This document shows positions 27,197-36,391 of a stretch of 64,000 bases of DNA, piece after piece. Numbering within the stretch: the stretch's first letter is position 1; each line of letters opens with the position of its first letter. This stretch comes from an uncultured Bacteroidales bacterium (GTDB taxonomy: Bacteria; Bacteroidota; Bacteroidia; Bacteroidales; VadinHA17): NCBI GenBank assembly GCA_963789465.1, contig CAWBLL010000009.1, positions 406,087-470,086 on the forward strand, in the 5' to 3' direction. The position numbers and the translations under genes were made by a program. The notes under the pieces were generated by a model. That model ran no database searches, had not been told where the DNA came from, and saw only the letters and a program-made list of their open reading frames with translations.

Positions 27197-28477
27197 ATGA
27201 GCCGATTCACCGGTCTTGCCGGCATATTCATTATTCTCGTACTGGCCTTCCTGTGGTCGAACAACAGGAAGGCAATTAATTACAGACTTGTATTAACGGG
27301 ACTGTTACTGCAGATATCCCTTGCAATTTTTATCCTGAAGGTTCATGCCGGGCAGGAGATCTTTTACTGGATAGGAAAAGCAATAAATAAGCTGCTTGAT
27401 TTTTCGAAAGAGGGGAGCCTGTTTGTTTTTGGAGACCTGACCAAAGTCACACAAATATTGCCGGAATCAATGGTTAAGAGCGGTGTTTTCCTCTTTATCC
27501 TTCTTCCAACAATCATTTTTGTCTGCGTACTGGTGGCAATAGCATATCATATCGGACTTATGCAAAGGATAATCGCCGTAATCGCCCGATTCGTCCATTG
27601 GGCGATGAGGGTTAGTGGCAGTGAGGCATTGTCGAATGTGGCAAGTGTATTTGTAGGACAGGTGGAGGCACAGATAATAATCAGGCCTTATCTTTCCGGA
27701 ATGACAATGTCGGAATTGCTGGCTTCCATGACGGGAAGCATGGCTTGTATAGCAGGCGGTGTAATGGCTGTGTATATATCAATGGGAGTTCCTGCTTCAT
27801 ACTTGCTTGCGGCAAGTCTGATGGCAGCTCCCGGCGCCCTGGTTATCTCAAAAATCGTTTTTCCTGAAACAATGGAATCAGAGACCCAGGGCAAAGTAAA
27901 GCTGGAGGTCAGGAAGGAACATTCAAATATTATGGATGCAATTTCCCATGGCGCAGGCGATGGCATGAAAATCTCCCTAAATGTGATAGCCATGCTTATA
28001 GGTATCATTGCCCTGATAGCCATGGCTGATGCAATTATTGGTTATCTGGGCCATCTTCTGTCATGGATGGGAATTTCTCTGGACTCATTTGGGCTTAACG
28101 TTGATCATCTGAGGCTTAAAGACATTTTTGGTGCATTTTTCAGCCTTTTTGCCGTGGTCATGGGAGTGCCTCCTGCAGAGTCGCTTCAGGTAGGTTCACT
28201 GTTTGGGACAAAGATGGTAATTAATGAATTTGTCGCTTACTCTGATCTCACACCTATGATTAATCAGGGACTTCTGAGTACAAAATCTGTGATCATAGCG
28301 AGTTTTGCTTTGTGTGGATTTGCAAATTTCAGCTCCATCGCCATCCAGCTTGGAGGAATAGGGGCACTTGTTCCGGACCGCAGGGCCGATCTGGCCAGAC
28401 TCGGCTTTAAAGCTATGCTCTGCGGCACAATGGCTTCGTACATCTCAGCCTCACTGGCCGGGATACTTATAGGGTAA
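27197..28477 (+). CDS. nupC: NupC/CNT family concentrative nucleoside transporter
   Basis: Polytopic membrane protein with typical CNT blocks (GSEALSNVASVFVGQVEAQIIIRPY..., VINEFVAYSDL, ALCGFANFSSIAIQLGG). Confidence 0.85.
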   Translation: MSRFTGLAGIFIILVLAFLWSNNRKAINYRLVLTGLLLQISLAIFILKVHAGQEIFYWIGKAINKLLDFSKEGSLFVFGDLTKVTQILPESMVKSGVFLFILLPTIIFVCVLVAIAYHIGLMQRIIAVIARFVHWAMRVSGSEALSNVASVFVGQVEAQIIIRPYLSGMTMSELLASMTGSMACIAGGVMAVYISMGVPASYLLAASLMAAPGALVISKIVFPETMESETQGKVKLEVRKEHSNIMDAISHGAGDGMKISLNVIAMLIGIIALIAMADAIIGYLGHLLSWMGISLDSFGLNVDHLRLKDIFGAFFSLFAVVMGVPPAESLQVGSLFGTKMVINEFVAYSDLTPMINQGLLSTKSVIIASFALCGFANFSSIAIQLGGIGALVPDRRADLARLGFKAMLCGTMASYISASLAGILIG

Positions 28478-28543
28478 GGGGGATTACGCCCTCGCCTTTC
28501 TGCGGCGGCTCGGTCGTGATCCCCGGGGGTACCCTGCAACTCC
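28471..28543. repeat. GC-rich ~73-nt repeat, copy B; inverted relative to copy A at 22863-22938
   Basis: See copy A. Starts within the last 7 nt of nupC, including the stop codon. Confidence 0.85.
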
Positions 28544-28671
28544 AAATTACTTCCTTGTTCGTTTCACTCACAAGGTATTTTTATTTTCAGATGGCTTCAC
28601 TCATGCGAGCATGGCTCAGCTATCTGAAAATAAAAATCCCGCAGCTGGCTGCGGGAGTAATTTGGAGTTGC
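28536..28671. repeat. 136-nt nested inverted-repeat element: a 15-bp outer stem enclosing three hairpins
   Basis: gcaactccaaattac (28536-28550) is the perfect reverse complement of gtaatttggagttgc (28657-28671). Inside: ccttgt/acaagg (28553-28575); atttttattttcagat / atctgaaaataaaaat (28577-28592 / 28622-28637, 16 bp perfect); cccgcag/ctgcggg (28638-28655). Confidence 0.75.
28627..28655 (-). terminator. Intrinsic terminator of tRNA-Ser(CGA), possibly bidirectional
   Basis: On the minus strand: cccgcag-ccag-ctgcggg followed by atttttatttt, starting about 15 nt after the tRNA 3' end. Confidence 0.65.
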
Positions 28672-28759
28672 GGAGAGAGGGGGATTCGAACCCCCGGTTC
28701 GCCGGAAGGCGAACAACGGTTTTCGAGACCGCCGCATTCGACCACTCTGCCATCTCTCC
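28671..28759 (-). tRNA. tRNA-Ser (anticodon CGA), class II
   Basis: Manual fold of the reverse complement: acceptor GGAGAGA/TCTCTCC; D-stem GCA/TGC; anticodon stem GCGGT/ACCGT with loop CTCGAAA; variable arm GTTCGCC-TTCC-GGCGAAC; T-arm GGGGG-TTCGAAT-CCCCC; discriminator G. 89 nt. Confidence 0.93.
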
Positions 28760-28799
28760 CTCAAATAGGGAAACTATTTCAGGATCCGGTAAGGGTTCG

Positions 28800-28807
28800 C
28801 AAAAATA
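28800..28807 (-). promoter_or_regulatory. Candidate -7 box TATTTTTG for tRNA-Ser(CGA)
   Basis: The plus strand reads caaaaata, which is the reverse complement of TAnnTTTG. About 40 nt upstream of the tRNA 5' end. Confidence 0.3.
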
Positions 28808-29032
28808 ATAAATATTTGTCATCAAAAACCTTAACAATCGCAATTTAGCAATTAGCATATGATTAATATTGCATCAGGACTTTCATAAGCGCAAAATGAA
28901 TACCAGGGAATGTTCTTATATTTGATAAACCACTGAGGATAAAATTACTCCTGATATTCTTTGAAACCAGTTCTGAAAAGCCTTATTTTGTAGCCTTTAA
29001 TTTCAAAATCTGGTAATTTTAATTTATTCATT

Positions 29033-31162
29033 ATGAAATTAGTATTTAAATATTTATTAATCAGCTCTTTAGTATCTATGGTAATCATTAGTTGCAGAAG
29101 GTCAGGCACTGATCAGGCCGGTACAAATCCTTTCTTCTCCCCCTATAACACTCCTTTTGATGTTCCTCCATTTGAAAAGATACTGTCGAAAGATTATATG
29201 CCTGCATTCGAAAAGGGAATGGATGAGGGCCGGGCTGATCTTGAAAAAATTCTCGACAATACTTCTGAGGCTACTTTTGAGAATACAATTGACCCGCTCG
29301 ACAAAATGGGTGAGCTCCTGACCAGGGTGTCATCTGTCTTCTTCGGGATAACATCTGCCAATACCAATGATACGCTTCAGAAAATAGAGATGGAGATTTC
29401 TCCAAAATTATCTCAATACAGAGATGAGATATTCCTGAACCCGATTCTTTTTAAAAGAGTTAAATCAATATATGACAATAAGGAAAAATTCAGCCTCACT
29501 GATGAACAAAATTTCTTACTCGGGAACCTTTACAGAAATTTTGTGCGTAATGGATCTCTGCTTTCACCTCGCGAGCAAGACACGTTAAAACAGTATAACC
29601 AGGAAATCTCCGTCCTCACAGTAAAATTCAGTCAGAATGTTCTTTCGGAAACGAACAGGTTCAAACTGACCATCGACAATGAAGAAGATCTGAAGGGATT
29701 GCCAGAAAGTGTCAGGACCGGAGCAGCTGAGGCAGCAAAAGGTGCAGGAGCAGAAGGCAAATGGATCTTCACAACACAGAAACCCAGCATGCTTCCTTTT
29801 TTGACCTACTCAGATAACCGTGAGCTTAGAAAGAAACTATATGATGCTTATCTGACCCGTGGCAATCATAATGATGAGTTTGATAACAAGCAGGTACTTC
29901 TCAATATTGTTAAGCTGCGTGCCTTGAGGGCAAAGCTTCTCGGTTATAAAACCCATGCCGATCTGCAATTGGCTGACAGAATGGCAAAGAATCCGCAAAA
30001 TGTGTTCAGCCTGCTGGATCAGGTATGGACACCGGCATTAAGAGTCGCGGGAGAAGAGCTTGCCTCCATGCAGAAGATTGCCGACAGGGAAGGGGCCAGG
30101 ATAAAAATAGAACCATCCGACTGGTGGTATTATGCCGAAAAGCTGCGGAAGGAAAAATATAACCTGGATGACAATGAACTGAGGCCTTACTTTAAACTCG
30201 ATAATGTACGCGAAGGTGCGTTTGCAGTGGCCAATAAGCTCTATGGCATTACCTTTACACCTATCAGCAATATTCCTCTTCCTCATCCGGATGCCAAAGC
30301 CTTTGAAGTTAAAGATGCGGATGGTAGTCCTCTGGGTGTGCTGTATATGGACTTCTTTACCCGCGCCAGTAAAAGCCAGGGAGCATGGTGCGGCGGGTAC
30401 CGTGATCATAAATGGCTGAATGGCACTGAAATACATCCAGTTGTTACTATTGTTTGCAACTTTAATAACCCGTCAGGTGATACTCCATCCCTGCTGAGCC
30501 TCGATGATGTCTCTACACTCTTTCACGAGTTCGGGCATGGCCTCCAGAGTCTTTTCTCCGTGAACAGATACGCCACAACCTTCCCTGCAATGGATATCAT
30601 CGAACTGCCTTCACAGATCATGGAACATTGGGCAGTGGAACCTGAAGTCCTGAAGATGTATGCAAAACATTATCAGACCGGAGAAGTAATGCCTGATAAA
30701 CTGATTGAAAAAATTCAAAAGAGCGGACATTTTAACACCGGTTTCGACAATACTGAAATCATTGCAGCTTCAATCCTGGATATGGACTATTATACACTGG
30801 AGGCACCTGTAAATATAGAGATCGGGAAATTTGAAAAGGATTGCATGGATAAGATAGGACTGATAAAAGAGATTGAACCCAGATACAAATCCACTTATTT
30901 TCTGCATATTGTAGGAGGATATGATGCCGGTTACTACTGCTATACATGGGCAGCTGTACTCGACAATGATGCCTTTGAAGCATTTAAGGAGAAAGGCATT
31001 TTTGACAAGGCAACTGCTGAGTCCTTCCGCAAAAATATTCTGGCGCCAATGGGAATAACCGATGCAAAGCAGAGTTTTATAGACTTCAGGGGCCGTGATG
31101 CGGTAATTGGACCTCTGCTCAGAAACAGGGGGCTGATCCCCTCCGGCGCTGGTAAGAATTAG
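29033..31162 (+). CDS. dcp: M3 family metallopeptidase (peptidyl-dipeptidase Dcp / oligopeptidase A-like), lipoprotein
   Basis: HEFGHGLQS zinc motif with downstream IELPSQIMEHW. Size 709 aa. Lipobox IISC. Confidence 0.85.
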   Translation: MKLVFKYLLISSLVSMVIISCRRSGTDQAGTNPFFSPYNTPFDVPPFEKILSKDYMPAFEKGMDEGRADLEKILDNTSEATFENTIDPLDKMGELLTRVSSVFFGITSANTNDTLQKIEMEISPKLSQYRDEIFLNPILFKRVKSIYDNKEKFSLTDEQNFLLGNLYRNFVRNGSLLSPREQDTLKQYNQEISVLTVKFSQNVLSETNRFKLTIDNEEDLKGLPESVRTGAAEAAKGAGAEGKWIFTTQKPSMLPFLTYSDNRELRKKLYDAYLTRGNHNDEFDNKQVLLNIVKLRALRAKLLGYKTHADLQLADRMAKNPQNVFSLLDQVWTPALRVAGEELASMQKIADREGARIKIEPSDWWYYAEKLRKEKYNLDDNELRPYFKLDNVREGAFAVANKLYGITFTPISNIPLPHPDAKAFEVKDADGSPLGVLYMDFFTRASKSQGAWCGGYRDHKWLNGTEIHPVVTIVCNFNNPSGDTPSLLSLDDVSTLFHEFGHGLQSLFSVNRYATTFPAMDIIELPSQIMEHWAVEPEVLKMYAKHYQTGEVMPDKLIEKIQKSGHFNTGFDNTEIIAASILDMDYYTLEAPVNIEIGKFEKDCMDKIGLIKEIEPRYKSTYFLHIVGGYDAGYYCYTWAAVLDNDAFEAFKEKGIFDKATAESFRKNILAPMGITDAKQSFIDFRGRDAVIGPLLRNRGLIPSGAGKN

Positions 31163-31233
31163 ACCAATCAGTTGATCTGCATGGGATGAATATCTCTTCA
31201 GGTTAATAATGTATTTACTGATCTGTCCTTTAT

Positions 31234-32250
31234 ATGGCTGAGAAATATATTTGTGGCTTATCGGCCGGTGAAATTTTCAGTATAATAGAACCGTGGAATT
31301 TTAAATTTCCGCATGCTGTTTCAATATCCAACAATATTTATAAAAAGCGGATTAATGAAATAGCCTGGTTCAGAAATATTCCGGGGGATCTGAAGATTTT
31401 GTTACAAAAAGATTTCAGGTCCGGTATTCTGAGTACCCTAAGATCGGAAGTCTCCGTTGACGGTACTGAAAAATACCTTTTCAGCGGGGCAGGTGGTAAA
31501 CTGTTTGAAACTGTATATATTCCTGATAATAAAAGAAATACCATTTGTGTATCAGTGCAGTCGGGATGCAGGATGGGATGCAGCATCTGTGCTACGGCAG
31601 CCTATGGATTCCGTGGAAACCTGTCAGCAGGGGAAATTGTCAGTCAGGTTCTCAGCATCCCATACTCAGGGAAAGTTACCCATGTAGTGATGATGGGTAT
31701 GGGGGAACCGATGGACAACATTGATAACGTTCTGAAGGCGTGCCATATCCTTACTTCGGAATGGGGACTTTCCCTTAGTCCCCGGAATATTACTGTCTCG
31801 ACGGTAGGGATAATGCCGGGTATTGTAGAATTTCTCTCTGCTTGTGAGTGCAATCTTACCCTGAGCCTGTTCTCTCCTTTTCCTGAGGAGAGAAGGAGTA
31901 TGGTACCTGCCGAAGCAAAATATCCTGTGAAAAGCATCATCGATTTTCTTAAAGCTTATCCATTAAAGAAAAGAAGAAGGCTAAGCGTTGCTTATGTAAT
32001 GATTAAGGACCTGAATGATACTGACAACCACCTTCTGGCGCTGAGATCACTGGTTCAGGAATCGGGGATAAGGGTGAACCTGCTGCCATACCATCCGGCA
32101 GGTGGAGATATCAGGAAATCATCTTCCATGGAAAGGATGATGTGGATTAAACATAATCTGGTAATATCAGGTATTTCTGCTTCCATCAGAAAGTCCAGGG
32201 GAGCTGACATTTCAGCAGCATGCGGCCTGCTGGCTTCACAGCTGAAATGA
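31234..32250 (+). CDS. rlmN: Radical SAM RNA methyltransferase, RlmN/Cfr family
   Basis: SVQSGCRMGCSICAT (CxxxCxxC), GMGEPMDN, and C-terminal AACGLLASQL resembling the AACGQL region. Confidence 0.8.
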   Translation: MAEKYICGLSAGEIFSIIEPWNFKFPHAVSISNNIYKKRINEIAWFRNIPGDLKILLQKDFRSGILSTLRSEVSVDGTEKYLFSGAGGKLFETVYIPDNKRNTICVSVQSGCRMGCSICATAAYGFRGNLSAGEIVSQVLSIPYSGKVTHVVMMGMGEPMDNIDNVLKACHILTSEWGLSLSPRNITVSTVGIMPGIVEFLSACECNLTLSLFSPFPEERRSMVPAEAKYPVKSIIDFLKAYPLKKRRRLSVAYVMIKDLNDTDNHLLALRSLVQESGIRVNLLPYHPAGGDIRKSSSMERMMWIKHNLVISGISASIRKSRGADISAACGLLASQLK

Positions 32251-32396
32251 TATGGTTTCATGTTATAAACGGGAATCGGTCAACTGGTCAGATGCTCTAC
32301 AATCAGGTTAAACCGCCTCAGTCCTTCGCCAGGCCCGGGTTTGAAAAGCTTCCTCCCCTGTGGAGAAGAGCTACTCATTCAATGGCTTTCTTATCA

Positions 32397-32924
32397 TTAT
32401 CTCTGGTTTTGTTTAATCAGCTGGAACAGATGTTCATCCAAGTATCCATCCGATGTTTTGATCCACTCCTTTTTTACTCCGGTCTGTTCAAAGCCAAGCT
32501 TCATGAAGAGGTCCATGCTCTCGGAGTTATTAGCCAAAATATTACAGTAGAGCTGATGAAGCTGAAGAGTCTTGAAGCAGTATTCGATAAGTCCCGTTAG
32601 TGCCATTGCGGCATAACCTTTTCTTCTGTAGAGTTCGATTGCGATGAGTATACCCAATCCTGCCCTTTTGTGGAACGGGTCGAAATCGAAGATATCGACA
32701 GTCCCTATGGTGACTTTATCATGGATATGTTCGATCATAAGCCTCAATTGTCCTGATTCATAGATGTTTTTATGGGAATTCTCGAGGTACCTTTTCAGAG
32801 TATATTTAGAAAAGGGGGAAATCGTATTACTGATAGTCCAGTATGATTCATTATTCTCCCACTTATACAGAAGTTCAAGGTCTTCTGGCTCCAATGCCCT
32901 GAGCTTTATTTCTTTATACTTCAT
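32397..32924 (-). CDS. GNAT family N-acetyltransferase
   Basis: LRALEPEDLELLYKWEN... and the acetyl-CoA motif YRRKGYAAMALTGLIEYCF. 175 aa. Confidence 0.8.
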   Translation of the reverse strand: MKYKEIKLRALEPEDLELLYKWENNESYWTISNTISPFSKYTLKRYLENSHKNIYESGQLRLMIEHIHDKVTIGTVDIFDFDPFHKRAGLGILIAIELYRRKGYAAMALTGLIEYCFKTLQLHQLYCNILANNSESMDLFMKLGFEQTGVKKEWIKTSDGYLDEHLFQLIKQNQR

Positions 32925-33020
32925 TTGAGCTATTTCTGATTCTTGAAGATAATCGTGAAGGTCTAAAAATTATCACAATGAATACTTCCGGAAGAACCGA
33001 TGCACATTTGCCACCTCGCC

Positions 33021-34964
33021 CTATTTTGAGACCTTTTTGATAAAAATATCCTCCGGATATCCTTTTCTCATAAGATCCAGCCTGTGAGCAAATGCCTCTT
33101 CTCTTGTCTGAAACATACCTGTGGTATAGCGGTAAAACCTATCCTGATCATTATACATCGCCCTTATGTCTGGAATGTATTTGAAATAACTGATATCCAC
33201 AGGATTATACAAAGCCATTACCTGTACGGTATAATAAAGTATGTCTGAGTCTTTGATACTCTCATCACCAAGATCATTTACATTCAGGTTTTTAATAAGA
33301 GTACTTGTATCAACCTGGGCAATCTTTGGTATCTCATTAAGATTTATTTTGTCATAAGTAACAGGTACTCTTCGTGATGAAGGATCTCTGACAAGCACGA
33401 TGTCAATATTCATTGTTGTTTTAATGTTTGCACTTGTAATTGTAGTATCAATTGACTGTGGAAAATAACCGGGTCCGGTATAGAGGAGCCTGTACTTCCT
33501 GGGGATCACATAAAAGGCGTACAATCCAGTGAGCTTGTTTGGATAGCTGACGTCAACAGTATCATTTGAGGTAAGGTCAATAAGATGAATGCTGAAAGTT
33601 TTGTCGAGTGCCATCAAGGTATCGGATAGTCCCAGTTTACCATTGACTTCCGCAAACTGACCGGTTCCGGCTCCGCCAAGGATCAGATAAAAGATGTCAC
33701 TTTTCTTGTATCCGGTTGTCATGGCATAATAGGCATTTTTCCCATTATTCCAGGGCTGGAAAAACTTGTCATCATCACTGGTATTGATCGGATAACCTAT
33801 ATTTTCAGGTGTATCCCAGTCAGATCCGTTTTTCCGGCTTAAGAAGATATCGTATCCCCCCATTGAATTATGTCCTTCAGATGAAAAATAAAGATCTGAA
33901 TTATTCTCAGTAATGAACGGAGTATCCTCATTGAATTGTGTATTGATAGTTGATCCCAGATTTACCGCAGGCCCCCAGTCGCCAGTAGCATCCAGCTCGG
34001 AAACATAAATGTCAAGCTTTCCCTCTCCTCCGTCCCTGTTGCTGGTAAAGTACAATTTTTTCCCGTCGGCAGATATTGCAGCATGTGATTCATAAAACCT
34101 GGTGTTGATATTCCTGTTGAGTTTTTTTATCGGGGTCCAGGAGTCGTTCTTAAAAGTTGAGGAATAGATCGCTCCGTCATAATTGTCTGTTTTATAGAGA
34201 AACAACTCAGTGCCATCCCTGTTCAGGGAGCAGGTAGAACAGTCTTCCCCGGCTTTAAGTTCAGCTGTTATATCCAGCGGAGTCAGCCATTTTCCATTCT
34301 GTTTTCTTGAGCAATAGATCGCATTTACAAGTCCATGGCTTTCAGTATACGCTATTGTATTGCCGTCAAAACTTACTGCCGGATTCTCATTTATGGTACC
34401 ATGGCTGAATTCACTGCCCAGCAGTTTTTTATTTAGAGCAACCGGTTTTTCCATCAGTTTCATGGCATTTTTACATGCCTGGATCTGCTGATCGATGAAC
34501 CCGGTATTCTTCATCCCCCCTTTGCTTTCTGTCTCCTCTACAAGCTTTTTGAACTTTTCCAGTGTACTTAAGCCTTTTTCAAGATCATTGTTTGTCATGT
34601 ACGCCTTGGCGAGGGAAAAGTAGGCTTCAAGAGGTGCTCTTTTTTCGTTATACGATGAGGTTTTGGAATCATAACTTGCGTCCTTTACAGCTTCCTCAAG
34701 ATAAGGAATAGCTTTTTTCTTTTCCCCGGGGATTTGCAGATAACATGTTCCTATCTTGTACTTGATGTTCATATTATCAGGAGAATCCAGAAGCAGGTAT
34801 TGCTGGTTGGCAAGCTCATATTCTTCATAAAGGTAATATGTCTCAGCTTGTTTGAAGATTTTTTTGTTTTCGGCAGACGATTGGGCAGAGGCAACATATG
34901 GAAACATTACCAGAATCAGCGACCGGAGAATGGAGCTTATGATTTTTACTCTGAGATTGCCCAT
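33021..34964 (-). CDS. Secreted TPR + PD40 (TolB-like beta-propeller) protein with Ig-like/CarboxypepD_reg-like module and C-terminal SPOR-like domain (paralogue 3)
   Basis: Signal peptide. TPR block YKIGTCYLQIPGEKKKAIPYLEEAV. PD40 repeats (SADGKKLYFTSNRDGGEGKLDIYVS, etc.). C-terminus YYTVQVMALYNP...YRYTTGMFQTREEAFAHRLDLMRKGYPEDIFIKKV. Confidence 0.75.
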   Translation of the reverse strand: MGNLRVKIISSILRSLILVMFPYVASAQSSAENKKIFKQAETYYLYEEYELANQQYLLLDSPDNMNIKYKIGTCYLQIPGEKKKAIPYLEEAVKDASYDSKTSSYNEKRAPLEAYFSLAKAYMTNNDLEKGLSTLEKFKKLVEETESKGGMKNTGFIDQQIQACKNAMKLMEKPVALNKKLLGSEFSHGTINENPAVSFDGNTIAYTESHGLVNAIYCSRKQNGKWLTPLDITAELKAGEDCSTCSLNRDGTELFLYKTDNYDGAIYSSTFKNDSWTPIKKLNRNINTRFYESHAAISADGKKLYFTSNRDGGEGKLDIYVSELDATGDWGPAVNLGSTINTQFNEDTPFITENNSDLYFSSEGHNSMGGYDIFLSRKNGSDWDTPENIGYPINTSDDDKFFQPWNNGKNAYYAMTTGYKKSDIFYLILGGAGTGQFAEVNGKLGLSDTLMALDKTFSIHLIDLTSNDTVDVSYPNKLTGLYAFYVIPRKYRLLYTGPGYFPQSIDTTITSANIKTTMNIDIVLVRDPSSRRVPVTYDKINLNEIPKIAQVDTSTLIKNLNVNDLGDESIKDSDILYYTVQVMALYNPVDISYFKYIPDIRAMYNDQDRFYRYTTGMFQTREEAFAHRLDLMRKGYPEDIFIKKVSK

Positions 34965-35016
34965 TAAAACAAATTTAGTGATATAAAAATATTATTTCAA
35001 CTGAACCAGATCGGAT

Positions 35017-36291
35017 TTACTTGAAAGTTATTTTATAGATATCTTCTTTCCCATATCCGGCAGCGTCTTTCATGATTGCATAATACCCTGATTTTCCATC
35101 TCCCACAGGCATGAAAAAAAGTTCATCATCGGGTGTGTTAAGCGGGTATCCCAGGTTTTTTGGTTTGCTCCACAGCCCGTTCGTCTGCATATCAGACCTG
35201 AAGAGATCATAGCCTCCAATATTTTCATGACCCTGTGAGCTGAAGAAAAGAGTCCTTGCCTTATTTATCAGAAAGGGGCGGTCTTCATTGAAGGGTGTAT
35301 TTATTTCTGGTCCCAGATTGACAGGAGGTCCCCAGTCACCATTGACTTTTCGTGTAATATAGAGATCAAGCCCGCCAAATCCTCCGGGTCTGTCAGAGGC
35401 AAATATCAGTTGCTCGCCATCATCAGAGAGAAAGGCATGAGATTCCCAGTATTTTGTATTTATGTTCTTATTGAGCTTGACAGTCTTTGACCAGGTATCG
35501 CCATTTAGTGAACTGTAATATATGTCACTGTTATAGTTATCGTCCCTTGAAAGGTACAGCTTTTTTCCATCTGCAGAGAGGCAGGAGATATAGAAATCGC
35601 CGTCAGACTGCAATTCAGGTGTAATATTGACAGGGGAAGTCCATTTCCCGTTTACCAGCTTTGAGAACATTATGGCATCATAGAATTTGAGAGAAACCAT
35701 ATAGGCGAAGGATTTGCCATCGGCTGAAATAAGAGGATTGAAATTGGATTTGTCGTCATTGAACTGGTCGCCCATGTTCTCTTCTGTAAAAGAGACAGGT
35801 TTTGCGATCAGGGTTTTTGCCATATCACAGACCTCGATCTCATGTTTGACGAAATCCATGTTTTCATGATCGTCAGGCAGCAGAGTACCTGCATACTTAA
35901 TAAAGGTCTCTTTGGCTTTGTCAAACTTGTAATTTATCCTGTAGGCAGTCGCAAGATAGAACAAAGCATCGTAAGGAGCAGCCGTCTGGCTGATGGTTCC
36001 CTCCTTATGCCTGGCAGACATATTTTTGCATGCAGCTTCAAGATAGCTTACAGAGAGATTCTTTTCCCCCGGAATATTAAGATAACAGAGGCCTATGCAA
36101 AATGCCAGGTTGGCATTATCCGGCATCTTTTCATATACCTGCATATAATCGCCAAGGGCATCAGAATAATCCCCCCTCATCAGAAAATATTCTGCTTCAA
36201 GGAAAGTAGTCTGGAGTTTATTGTCTTCCTGTGCGAATAAGGAGGCAGTAAGGATTCCCATCAGAATAAAACATACAAATCTTTTGCTCAT
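35017..36291 (-). CDS. Secreted TPR + PD40 beta-propeller protein with a minimal architecture (paralogue 2)
   Basis: Signal peptide. FCIGLCYLNIPGEKNLSVSYLEAA TPR block. PD40 repeats (SDDGEQLIFASDRPGGFGGLDLYIT, etc.). 424 aa with no extra C-terminal module. Confidence 0.75.
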   Translation of the reverse strand: MSKRFVCFILMGILTASLFAQEDNKLQTTFLEAEYFLMRGDYSDALGDYMQVYEKMPDNANLAFCIGLCYLNIPGEKNLSVSYLEAACKNMSARHKEGTISQTAAPYDALFYLATAYRINYKFDKAKETFIKYAGTLLPDDHENMDFVKHEIEVCDMAKTLIAKPVSFTEENMGDQFNDDKSNFNPLISADGKSFAYMVSLKFYDAIMFSKLVNGKWTSPVNITPELQSDGDFYISCLSADGKKLYLSRDDNYNSDIYYSSLNGDTWSKTVKLNKNINTKYWESHAFLSDDGEQLIFASDRPGGFGGLDLYITRKVNGDWGPPVNLGPEINTPFNEDRPFLINKARTLFFSSQGHENIGGYDLFRSDMQTNGLWSKPKNLGYPLNTPDDELFFMPVGDGKSGYYAIMKDAAGYGKEDIYKITFK

Positions 36292-36391
36292 ACTGAAAGA
36301 TTTTGATGAACAAATTTATTAAAAATAATGGCATTAGAAGTACATATAACCCCATTATTCATTATAGCAAGTTTATTATATGCTTGTCAAC

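Noticed and set aside
28536-28671. The 136-nt nested-IR element as a MITE
   Set aside because: There is no target-site duplication at the ends (accct versus ggaga), no second copy in the window and no transposase. The left arm is part of the conserved GC-rich repeat. A MITE is not excluded genome-wide, but the window does not support it.
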